NCBI GenBank assembly: GCA_964016885.1
Contig: OZ024746.1
Coordinates: forward strand, 71,300,001 to 71,364,000
Source: Eledone cirrhosa
Taxonomy: Eukaryota
DNA: 64,000 bases
Reading direction: 5' to 3'
The translations under genes were made by a program, and so were the position numbers. Positions 43,822-56,370 of the stretch are shown here, one piece after another. Within the stretch, counting starts at the first letter, position 1; each line of letters starts with the position of its first letter. The notes under the pieces were generated by a model. The model had not been told where the DNA came from. It was given only the letters and a program-made list of their open reading frames with translations, and made no database searches.

Positions 43822-43829
<8 letters not shown>
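43081..43829. mobile_element. TA-embedded element with terminal redundancy (period 554 bp) and a ~138-bp foldback
   Basis: tacaatatgttgaaaaggtaacacaccagagagagatatacagtg at 43081 and 43635. Hairpin 43546-43829. Minus strand has CTGATGA-accg...tggt-GAAA-cata-TC at ~43284-43337 without clear helix I. Confidence 0.7.
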
Positions 43830-43908
<79 letters not shown>

Positions 43909-44026
43909 TATATATATAATATATAATATATAATATATATAATATATAATATATATATATTAATATATATATAATATATATATATATTAATATATATATA
44001 TATGTATATATATAATATATATATAT

Positions 44027-47000
44027 ATTTGAATAAATGCTCTGAAATAGCGATATATATGTGAATATAGACATAGAATATTCGAAAATATTCTGTATGT
44101 TTATAATAAACATTTTGAAGACCTAATCGCTATAGAATAGAATACGTCACGTATTACAATTAGATTCTCGATAAAAGCAAGGGAAGTAATCTACGCGTTT
44201 CATTCTCGTTAGAAATCATCAGGACTACATATCCAGTGCTTTTATCGAGAATGACACAGCTAGAGACTTATAGAATACTTAGCTGTGTACAGGAACTGGT
44301 TTGAAAGAGCGGTTGCCGGTCCGGCAGAAATTAGAAATTTGAATAAATGCTCTGAAATAGCGATATATATGTGAATATAGACATAGAATATTCGAAAATA
44401 TTCTGTATGTTTATAATAAACATTTTGAAGACCTAATCGCTATAGAATAGAATACGTCACGTATTACAATTAGATTCTCGATAAAAGCAAGGGAAGTAAT
44501 CTACGCGTTTCATTCTCGTTAGAAATCATCAGGACTACATATCCAGTGCTTTTATCGAGAATGACACAGCTAGAGACTTATAGAATACTTAGCTGTGTAC
44601 AGGAACTGGTTTGAAAGAGCGGTTGCCGGTCCGGCAGAAATTAGAAATTTGAATAAATGCTCTGAAATAGCGATATATATGTGAATATAGACATAGAATA
44701 TTCGAAAATATTCTGTATGTTTATAATAAACATTTTGAAGACCTAATCGCTATAGAATAGAATACGTCACGTATTACAATTAGATTCTCGATAAAAGCAA
44801 GGGAAGTAATCTACGCGTTTCATTCTCGTTAGAAATCATCAGGACTACATATCCAGTGCTTTTATCGAGAATGACACAGCTAGAGACTTATAGAATACTT
44901 AGCTGTGTACAGGAACTGGTTTGAAAGAGCGGTTGCCGGTCCGGCAGAAATTAGAAATTTGAATAAATGCTCTGAAATAGCGATATATATGTGAATATAG
45001 ACATAGAATATTCGAAAATATTCTGTATGTTTATAATAAACATTTTGAAGACCTAATCGCTATAGAATAGAATACGTCACGTATTACAATTAGATTCTCG
45101 ATAAAAGCAAGGGAAGTAATCTACGCGTTTCATTCTCGTTAGAAATCATCAGGACTACATATCCAGTGCTTTTATCGAGAATGACACAGCTAGAGACTTA
45201 TAGAATACTTAGCTGTGTACAGGAACTGGTTTGAAAGAGCGGTTGCCGGTCCGGCAGAAATTAGAAATTTGAATAAATGCTCTGAAATAGCGATATATAT
45301 GTGAATATAGACATAGAATATTCGAAAATATTCTGTATGTTTATAATTTCTAATTTCTGCCGGACCGGCAACCGCTCTTTCAAACCAGTTCCTGTACACA
45401 GCTAAGTATTCTATAAGTCTCTAGCTGTGTCATTCTCGATAAAAGCACTGGATATGTAGTCCTGATGATTTCTAACGAGAATGAAACGCGTAGATTACTT
45501 CCCTTGCTTTTATCGAGAATCTAATTGTAATACGTGACGTATTCTATTCTATAGCGATTAGGTCTTCAAAATGTTTATTATAAACATACAGAATATTTTC
45601 GAATATTCTATGTCTATATTCACATATATATCGCTATTTCAGAGCATTTATTCAAATTTCTAATTTCTGCCGGACCGGCAACCGCTCTTTCAAACCAGTT
45701 CCTGTACACAGCTAAGTATTCTATAAGTCTCTAGCTGTGTCATTCTCGATAAAAGCACTGGATATGTAGTCCTGATGATTTCTAACGAGAATGAAACGCG
45801 TAGATTACTTCCCTTGCTTTTATCGAGAATCTAATTGTAATACGTGACGTATTCTATTCTATAGCGATTAGGTCTTCAAAATGTTTATTATAAACATACA
45901 GAATATTTTCGAATATTCTATGTCTATATTCACATATATATCGCTATTTCAGAGCATTTATTCAAATTTCTAATTTCTGCCGGACCGGCAACCGCTCTTT
46001 CAAACCAGTTCCTGTACACAGCTAAGTATTCTATAAGTCTCTAGCTGTGTCATTCTCGATAAAAGCACTGGATATGTAGTCCTGATGATTTCTAACGAGA
46101 ATGAAACGCGTAGATTACTTCCCTTGCTTTTATCGAGAATCTAATTGTAATACGTGACGTATTCTATTCTATAGCGATTAGGTCTTCAAAATGTTTATTA
46201 TAAACATACAGAATATTTTCGAATATTCTATGTCTATATTCACATATATATCGCTATTTCAGAGCATTTATTCAAATTTCTAATTTCTGCCGGACCGGCA
46301 ACCGCTCTTTCAAACCAGTTCCTGTACACAGCTAAGTATTCTATAAGTCTCTAGCTGTGTCATTCTCGATAAAAGCACTGGATATGTAGTCCTGATGATT
46401 TCTAACGAGAATGAAACGCGTAGATTACTTCCCTTGCTTTTATCGAGAATCTAATTGTAATACGTGACGTATTCTATTCTATAGCGATTAGGTCTTCAAA
46501 ATGTTTATTATAAACATACAGAATATTTTCGAATATTCTATGTCTATATTCACATATATATCGCTATTTCAGAGCATTTATTCAAATTTCTAATTTCTGC
46601 CGGACCGGCAACCGCTCTTTCAAACCAGTTCCTGTACACAGCTAAGTATTCTATAAGTCTCTAGCTGTGTCATTCTCGATAAAAGCACTGGATATGTAGT
46701 CCTGATGATTTCTAACGAGAATGAAACGCGTAGATTACTTCCCTTGCTTTTATCGAGAATCTAATTGTAATACGTGACGTATTCTATTCTATAGCGATTA
46801 GGTCTTCAAAATGTTTATTATAAACATACAGAATATTTTCGAATATTCTATGTCTATATTCACATATATATCGCTATTTCAGAGCATTTATTCAAATTTC
46901 TAATTTCTGCCGGACCGGCAACCGCTCTTTCAAACCAGTTCCTGTACACAGCTAAGTATTCTATAAGTCTCTAGCTGTGTCATTCTCGATAAAAGCACTG

Positions 47001-48411
47001 GATATGTAGTCCTGATGATTTCTAACGAGAATGAAACGCGTAGATTACTTCCCTTGCTTTTATCGAGAATCTAATTGTAATACGTGACGTATTCTATTCT
47101 ATAGCGATTAGGTCTTCAAAATGTTTATTATAAACATACAGAATATTTTCGAATATTCTATGTCTATATTCACATATATATCGCTATTTCAGAGCATTTA
47201 TTCAAATTTCTAATTTCTGCCGGACCGGCAACCGCTCTTTCAAACCAGTTCCTGTACACAGCTAAGTATTCTATAAGTCTCTAGCTGTGTCATTCTCGAT
47301 AAAAGCACTGGATATGTAGTCCTGATGATTTCTAACGAGAATGAAACGCGTAGATTACTTCCCTTGCTTTTATCGAGAATCTAATTGTAATACGTGACGT
47401 ATTCTATTCTATAGCGATTAGGTCTTCAAAATGTTTATTATAAACATACAGAATATTTTCGAATATTCTATGTCTATATTCACATATATATCGCTATTTC
47501 AGAGCATTTATTCAAATTTCTAATTTCTGCCGGACCGGCAACCGCTCTTTCAAACCAGTTCCTGTACACAGCTAAGTATTCTATAAGTCTCTAGCTGTGT
47601 CATTCTCGATAAAAGCACTGGATATGTAGTCCTGATGATTTCTAACGAGAATGAAACGCGTAGATTACTTCCCTTGCTTTTATCGAGAATCTAATTGTAA
47701 TACGTGACGTATTCTATTCTATAGCGATTAGGTCTTCAAAATGTTTATTATAAACATACAGAATATTTTCGAATATTCTATGTCTATATTCACATATATA
47801 TCGCTATTTCAGAGCATTTATTCAAATTTCTAATTTCTGCCGGACCGGCAACCGCTCTTTCAAACCAGTTCCTGTACACAGCTAAGTATTCTATAAGTCT
47901 CTAGCTGTGTCATTCTCGATAAAAGCACTGGATATGTAGTCCTGATGATTTCTAACGAGAATGAAACGCGTAGATTACTTCCCTTGCTTTTATCGAGAAT
48001 CTAATTGTAATACGTGACGTATTCTATTCTATAGCGATTAGGTCTTCAAAATGTTTATTATAAACATACAGAATATTTTCGAATATTCTATGTCTATATT
48101 CACATATATATCGCTATTTCAGAGCATTTATTCAAATTTCTAATTTCTGCCGGACCGGCAACCGCTCTTTCAAACCAGTTCCTGTACACAGCTAAGTATT
48201 CTATAAGTCTCTAGCTGTGTCATTCTCGATAAAAGCACTGGATATGTAGTCCTGATGATTTCTAACGAGAATGAAACGCGTAGATTACTTCCCTTGCTTT
48301 TATCGAGAATCTAATTGTAATACGTGACGTATTCTATTCTATAGCGATTAGGTCTTCAAAATGTTTATTATAAACATACAGAATATTTTCGAATATTCTA
48401 TGTCTATATTC

Positions 48412-48412
<1 letters not shown>
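44027..48412. mobile_element. Retrozyme-like tandem array of 310-bp hammerhead units (~4.25 inverted + ~9.9 direct) within (TA)n
   Basis: Period 310 (gaataaatgc at 44031, 44341, 44651, 44961, 45271), with an orientation switch at ~45346. CTGATGA on + at 45462+310n (n=0-9) and on - at 44216, 44526, 44836 and 45146. Confidence 0.9.
45432..45520 (+). ncRNA. Representative type I minimal hammerhead ribozyme of the 310-bp unit
   Basis: attctcgataaaagca/tgcttttatcgagaat 16-bp distal helix I, internal loop, gtagtc/gattac proximal helix I, CTGATGA (45462-68), helix II ttct-aacg-agaa, GAAA (45483-86), palindromic CGCG helix III, cleavage after GUA (45492). Confidence 0.88.
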
Positions 48413-48480
<68 letters not shown>

Positions 48481-48491
48481 ATATATATATA

Positions 48492-48569
<78 letters not shown>

Positions 48570-49279
48570 CATAACTTTCTGCATTTACTGCGGTTATGAG
48601 AAGCGGTTCTTATTCGGGTACAACTTCTGATTTAGCCTAAGAAAATATCTATATGCGTGTGTAATTTATCCAAGCATATATTTATTTTTTTATTTTCAAT
48701 TGAGTTCTTAAACACGTTGGATTGATAATGTTTTCAAAAAAAATAATTAACCCGCGTGTATATTATTTTTTTCCTCTTTTCGTAGATCGTGGGTTGTCTC
48801 CCCTTCCCGCTTCGTGTCGCTATGATACTTCCTCAGTCAAAAACTGCTGGAATTTCAAATTTGGCGGTCATTCGAGGTGGGAGAGAGCAACTTTACGGAC
48901 ATGATTTTTGACAGCGGTAAGAAATTGTTTTCTTATATCAATGTTTAATGGGCTTCCACTGATGATTTATAAGTACCCACCTAAATATATTCTTACATGA
49001 ATATATATTAGGCTTCTACATAAACTGGAAACATTCTCCCAAACTTGTAGAAAACTTATAATGAAACAATTGTTTGGAAAGAGAGATATACTTTAACTTT
49101 AATTATATCTCATAAAATAATACAACTGGTTTTTCCACATTATACATATTGTTAGCACCCCAAACACTTAAATTGGGTTTATATTTTAATATAACCTAAT
49201 GTTTGTTGAGTGAGATGGTTACCAGTCAGAGTTTAGCTTTAAACTATCTCTGTTATTTTATTTAATTATATATATATAT

Positions 49280-49619
49280 ATTAGAAAATGAGGTTTTTTT
49301 TCGAAATGAAAAAAAATGAGATGTCCTACACGAGTGAAAGTATAAGGAAGAAAGATGAAATCCAAAATGCAAATGGAGTCCTTTTTTTTAAAAAAATATT
49401 TATTTGGTTCCTTTACTGGTTTCGCAGTTCTTGTGCTTTTCAAAAGTAGAGTTGAGATGGAGGGTTTGTGGTTTTTCTCGCATCTGATGTGAGAAAAACC
49501 ACAAACCCTCCATCTCAATTCTACTTTTGAAAAGCAGAAGAACTGCGAAACCGGTAAAAGAACCAAATAAATATTCTTAAAAAGACTCCAGTTGCATTTT
49601 CGATTTCATCTTTTTTCCT

Positions 49620-49624
<5 letters not shown>
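49280..49624. mobile_element. Foldback family E copy 1 (hairpin 49340-49624, centre 49485) with a degenerate hammerhead
   Basis: TTGAAAA(49527-33)-gcag aagaa ctgc-GAAA(49547-50)-CCGG-TA. ~140-bp imperfect arms. Confidence 0.72.
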
Positions 49625-49710
<86 letters not shown>

Positions 49711-49716
49711 TTCTAT

Positions 49717-49753
<37 letters not shown>

Positions 49754-50585
49754 TGAAAAGTGTAATTTTCTACACAAAACGAAGGTTATAGAGAAAATTG
49801 AGGTTGATAATGGCACATGGAATATATGAGACAGAATACTTTTTTGTGAAAAAACATATAATTTTATAAGGTAAGGAAATAATAAAGGGTATAAAAATTG
49901 ACCGGTTTCGATGGGTCTGCAAAAGCCATCTTTTCAAAATATATAAATATGTACATACATATACATACATATATACATACATATAACTATATTTATATGT
50001 ATATATTTACGTAAAAAAAAACAAACTAAGACATAAATTAGAAATGTAAAATTTTGATGGATTTGTTTGTCTTACTTTAGTCTCGTTTTCACTCCTGAAT
50101 TTCTAACTTACATTGAACTATGCGCCTTTTTTTTCTATAACAATCCTCACATAAACTGTATTGCTTTGTTTTGCAGCATGTCTGAAACATGAAAATTACT
50201 GACATGCTGAAATGATTCAAGTTTTCTTTTTTGAAAAAGGTTCTTAACGCCGAAATATCGTGAAATATAAGATAAAAGTGTAATGTGCCATTTGCTATGT
50301 TTGCCTTATTTTACTCCAGTTTTAACTCTTGTATTTCTAACTTGCATTGTATTGGCTTATACAAACAATCGTAACCATTTTCGTACAATGCTTCATATAA
50401 ACTATACTGCTTCTTATTCAATCAAGTTTTCTTTATTCTATTTATAGCTTGCATTATTCTGGCTTTCCCAAAGCAATCCGAACCACATATCTCCATATCT
50501 CACTATGTTCCGTATAATTATACGACTTTGTTCAAAATTTATATTCTTTCTTTTATCAATAATTTATTGTGATAAATAAACAATT

Positions 50586-51144
<559 letters not shown>

Positions 51145-51556
51145 TAGAAAGCTGAATTTTCGGCTTTTGGAAGCGCTGAGAATATATAAATATATGTATA
51201 TATAACTATAGAGAAAATAACTAAGCGCATAAATGCTATAAAGATAACTTATAAAATAGGGTGAAAACCTTCAAAAGACGGAAAAAGAATTTGCCAACGA
51301 CCTCTATGGGGAATTGAATCCAATATTTTCCAGATATCAAAATGACTGACTGAATACACACACGTTGTTTTTCTCAAAAACAATTCTTTTACGTTTTTTC
51401 TCTTCTTACTCTCTGTCTTTCTATTTCATCTTTTACTTCTCGTTCTATATTCTTATGACAGACTAGTATCTGAAAGACGAAGACTATTTTACTACGATAT
51501 CAAGTGTTAAACTAATATATTTTTTCATTGTACTGCATTGTTTTCTTTGTTGTTTT

Positions 51557-51671
<115 letters not shown>

Positions 51672-51749
51672 GTTTAAAATAAACGGACAAAACGCAGAAG
51701 CAATTGTAAACAGTAATATTAGGTTTACGCTTCGTGGAAGTAGAGGAGG

Positions 51750-51785
51750 TTTCAACGTTTCGGACAAAAGTCCTTCATCAGGAAA
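51750..51785 (-). ncRNA. Minimal Penelope-type hammerhead
   Basis: Minus strand: tttc-CTGATGA-a-ggac tttt gtcc-GAA-ACGT-T-gaaa, with palindromic ACGT helix III and a GUU site. Lies in a ~160-bp island (51671-51830) between microsatellites. Degenerate relative at 58701-58736. Confidence 0.72.
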
Positions 51786-51829
51786 GTTCGGATAGAGGAC
51801 GAACAGGATCTCCGAGAGGGAGTAAGGAG

Positions 51830-51910
<81 letters not shown>

Positions 51911-51911
51911 C

Positions 51912-51945
<34 letters not shown>

Positions 51946-51971
51946 TCTATATATATATATATATATATATA

Positions 51972-52382
51972 TGTTCCCATACAGCTCTAAGTTTTTCATC
52001 CTCAGTGTATACTGATTAATATTCAGAGCCATCCTCAGCATTCTCGTGTAGCACCCATCCACCATCTGAGTGAGTCTCTTGGTCAGTGTCCAAGTCTCAG
52101 ACCCATACAGCTCAAAAGTGACACAGAGGAGACTGAGGTTGGCTGGACATGCTCACCGACATCCAGAGTTGACATTGCACTCAGTGCTCCTTTGGGAGCC
52201 CCTACATGGACACACTAGAAGAGGAAGACCAAGGTTAACATATGTTGATGCCCTAAGGACAGACACTGGTCTGTTGGAGATGCAGGATATGGCAGCGATA
52301 ATGAGGGACAGAGACCGCTGGAGAGAACTCGTCCATGGATCTCGGGAATTTTACCCGCCTTAGATAGATAGATAGATAGATA
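51972..52382. mobile_element. RTE/RTEX-type LINE 3' end with 5' inversion and (GATA)n tail
   Basis: Minus 52111-51972 encodes [35 protein letters not shown]. Plus 52112-52363 continues [36 protein letters not shown]. Confidence 0.82.
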
Positions 52383-52840
52383 TATGTATATACACATATA
52401 TTGGGTCGTCAAGTATGAAATTTGTAAAAATTTGTTTTTTTTTCTACATATATATATATATATAATGAAAGAATGAAGAGTAACATGCTTGGCTGTACAA
52501 CAAGGGGCTTTATTTCAGGTATTAACAATTGTTTCATTGATCAGGTGAGTCTAGAGGCCGCTAATCGCTCGAAGTTGCGTCACTCGATCTTCATTACATT
52601 ATTTACCTCTGACCAAATCATCAGAATACAAAAAATAATTCATACAAGACAAGATATATATATATAGAGAGAAATAGCGTATTATTACTCCAAGTATAAC
52701 CTACATAGGAATTACCGCCAACTCGCTGCCTAACTATAGAAACACCTTGTTGAGTTAAACAAAGCCGTACGTTAAAACTATCCACGACACAGAGTACTCA
52801 CAACCTCTAACTGGATTACCTATAACGATAACTTGTTATC

Positions 52841-52890
<50 letters not shown>

Positions 52891-52895
<5 letters not shown>

Positions 52896-53073
52896 AACGA
52901 GTAGGACCCCGACGGCTGAGCTCAAGCCGTTTCGACGGCTAATTCTAGACTAAATTTAGGCCAGAATTAGCCGTCGGGGCCCTACTCGTTCCTATTACCC
53001 ACTCTACTACCCTAAGTATTGAGTACTTTGGTGCGTTATGGTCCACCTGGTTCCTTACCACATTTCCTTCGTT
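52891..53073 (+). mobile_element. Foldback family D copy with a deletion between gccgtc direct repeats in the right arm
   Basis: Near-identical to 33662-33873 apart from the deletion. Confidence 0.8.
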
Positions 53074-53112
53074 ATATATATATATATATATATATACATA
53101 CACATATATGTA

Positions 53113-53218
<106 letters not shown>

Positions 53219-53870
53219 CTGACAACTGTGCGCCCAATTACACAGATGAGTGGTGATATGATATGTAATTGTTTATTTATCAATTTATCTCATTCCCTAT
53301 TGCTAACATTAATATGTCAGGAAAAGTCACATTTTCAAAATGTGTGTCACCAATAACATGAACACACGATATGCTAGAAAGAGTAACGAAATGTCACTCA
53401 AATAATACTATTCCGGAGGATGTTATTGGATGTATTGGATACAGTCCATGATATACCTAGTGATGGTCATGGTTGGAATCCCTTTGCACATAAGGATACT
53501 CTCGAAATGCTAACTCGGAGTCCAACAACAACAACAACAACAACAACAACAGCAATACACCCAGAAACCCCCTCTCTCCCGACAAGTACCAACAGCAGCA
53601 GCAACAGCAGCAGTAGCAGCAGCAGCAGCAGTAGCAGCAGCAGCAATCTGTGAGTTGTATAAAGAAATATATGTAAACATGGTTTGTCTTATGTACACAC
53701 TGTTGATATTATAGGTAAACTTCTTGGATAACATATGTACACATCTGGCTTCCAGAACATTCGTAGAATCACCATAATCACATACCCCTTCTACATATTG
53801 TACCTCACCCTACATGCTCCGTACTATGCCATGTACTCTCTACACCCTTATACACACACACACATACATA

Positions 53871-53910
<40 letters not shown>

Positions 53911-53919
53911 GATATACAT

Positions 53920-53972
<53 letters not shown>

Positions 53973-54092
53973 TACATATATACACTCACATACATATATA
54001 TGTATATATATATATATATATATATACATACATACACACATACATACACACATACATATATATATATATACATATATACACACACATACATA

Positions 54093-54136
<44 letters not shown>

Positions 54137-54151
54137 CATACATACACACAC

Positions 54152-54218
<67 letters not shown>

Positions 54219-54346
54219 TACACATACATACATATATATATATATATACATATTCATATATATATATATATATATACATACATACACACACACACATATA
54301 TATGTGTGTATGTATGTATATATGTATATATATGTATATATATATG

Positions 54347-54393
<47 letters not shown>

Positions 54394-54566
54394 GTGTATG
54401 TATATATATATATGTGTGTGTGTGTGTGCGCGTGTGTTTGAGTGTGTGTAGTATATAAGTACGTGTGTGTATGTCTATGATGATGCATCTCTCTATTTCT
54501 TTCTCTTCCTTCTCTCTTTAGTCCCCCCTCTCTCACTTTCTCCCTTTTTCTCTCTCTCTCTCTCCG

Positions 54567-54602
<36 letters not shown>

Positions 54603-55541
54603 TACATATATATATACACATATTTACATATATATACGTATGTATATTCGAACCCCTCAACCAGCCGGGTTCATTTTGCAACTTGCCTGCCACCCACGTG
54701 ATTCATTTCGCTATTTTGGCAGTAAAAAATATGGCTGATCATGCACACATGAAAATACAAACACGCATACACACACACATGACACACACATTCACACACA
54801 CACATATGCAGCCATTTGAACATTCCCATATATTTTCATACAATACACACACACACACACATACGCATATATATATATATATTAAATATAGATAGTAATA
54901 ATAAATGCTACTAATCGAAAAACAAGTCATGGCATTTAAATTAAATAATTTACATATACATATCCTGGGCCAGGTCCTGTTTCAGCCAGATGAACAGATG
55001 ATAGATACTTAGTTCATATCCATTTTCCACCTCTGCTAGAATATTAAAACCTTTGATAGAATTGGGTTCATTTAAATACCCTTGCCTGTCATAAAGCGAG
55101 ATCTGAGGTGAAATAAATATACATGAATTTGGTTGGTTTTCCAGCACGACCATGCAGATTTAGATAACACTGCACAAGAGAACTAAAATAAATTAAATTT
55201 AGAAATTAAAGCACAAATTATTATATACCTAGGTATCATTTTTATTGAATATATCATGTATGATATAATAGTAAACTTACATATCTGACTTAATCTACCA
55301 CCTGACTTTGGGGTGATTTTAACAGATTCAATCCGTTGTACATTTTCAAGCAGGACTCGGGTTCGAGGCTTTTGTTTCACTTTACCTACCACCAGGCATC
55401 GAGGCCATGAAAAGGATCTTGAATACAATGCTTCTCGACCTGACAAAATAGTGAAAATAAAAAAATATATTCTTTTCTAAAAACTACAAGGAACACGATA
55501 ATCGGTAAATCATGAACACACGCATACACATACATACACAA

Positions 55542-55586
<45 letters not shown>

Positions 55587-55762
55587 TACACACAGAAACA
55601 CACACACATGCACCCTCCCATATATATATATATGTGGGATTTGAACTCAGAATGCAAAGGGCCGTAACTCTGTGCTGCAAAGCATGACGTCGACCCTCTA
55701 CCGATACTACTAATCCAGAAACGAAGTCATCGGATATGACGGAAAAATCTTCGATCGCATTA

Positions 55763-56265
55763 TCTATATATCTAAAACAGAGAATGTCTGTCTGTCTCCC
55801 TAAAACTCAAGAACCACCTAACCGATTTTTTCAAACTTTACACATGTAATACTTATGGTCGTGTGAGTGTTTTGAGCAAAAAATATTTCAAATTTTCAAT
55901 GCCCTAGGGACCGCATTAGGCGCCGGTTAGCGATCTCTCTGTCTTTCTTAGTCTGTCCTTTTAGATAGATACATAGGTATAACGTCGTGCCCTTATAATA
56001 TCTGTCTGTATGTCTGGCTGTCTTCATTACGACATTATGACGTTTATTGTTCTCATTGCTGACGTATTATCTTCGCTATTTTCCGTTCATTGCCAGGGAA
56101 CGTCTTCACGAACCAAAGTATCGTCTTCCTGTTTTCCTTTGGTTGCAACGTTTTTCGAAATATTTACTTCTGCGTTCACAAATTTATCTTTTTAGTTTCA
56201 GAAGATCCCGTTAAGGGTGAAATCAGCGATTCTTTGCTTAAACTTTAATCTGTTATTTTAATATA
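55763..56265 (+). mobile_element. Helitron-like 5' segment
   Basis: A|TCTATATATCTAAAA..gtctgtctgtct..aaccgatttt start. 55915-56263 is an inverted homologue of 57388-57640. Confidence 0.6.
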
Positions 56266-56370
56266 TATATATATATATATATATAAGCACAAAATGGAGA
56301 CACCATTCCTAGGCCGAGGTATTCCGTACTTCTCTATACTGTTTCAGAAAGGAGGGATAAACATGCCACT

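Noticed and set aside
44027-48412. CRISPR array or rDNA/5S/histone repeat
   Set aside because: Units are identical with no unique spacers, no cas genes are present, the context is eukaryotic, and I see no rRNA or histone similarity.
48840-48925. ttcaaa + tttggcgg (CHR/E2F-like) motifs and a following GTAAGA donor
   Set aside because: Short motifs are expected by chance and there is no supporting gene structure.
53420-53810. Short ORFs on both strands around (CAA)n/(CAG)n
   Set aside because: No recognisable domain and largely trinucleotide repeat. A GTGAGT after the plus ORF is not enough to call an exon.
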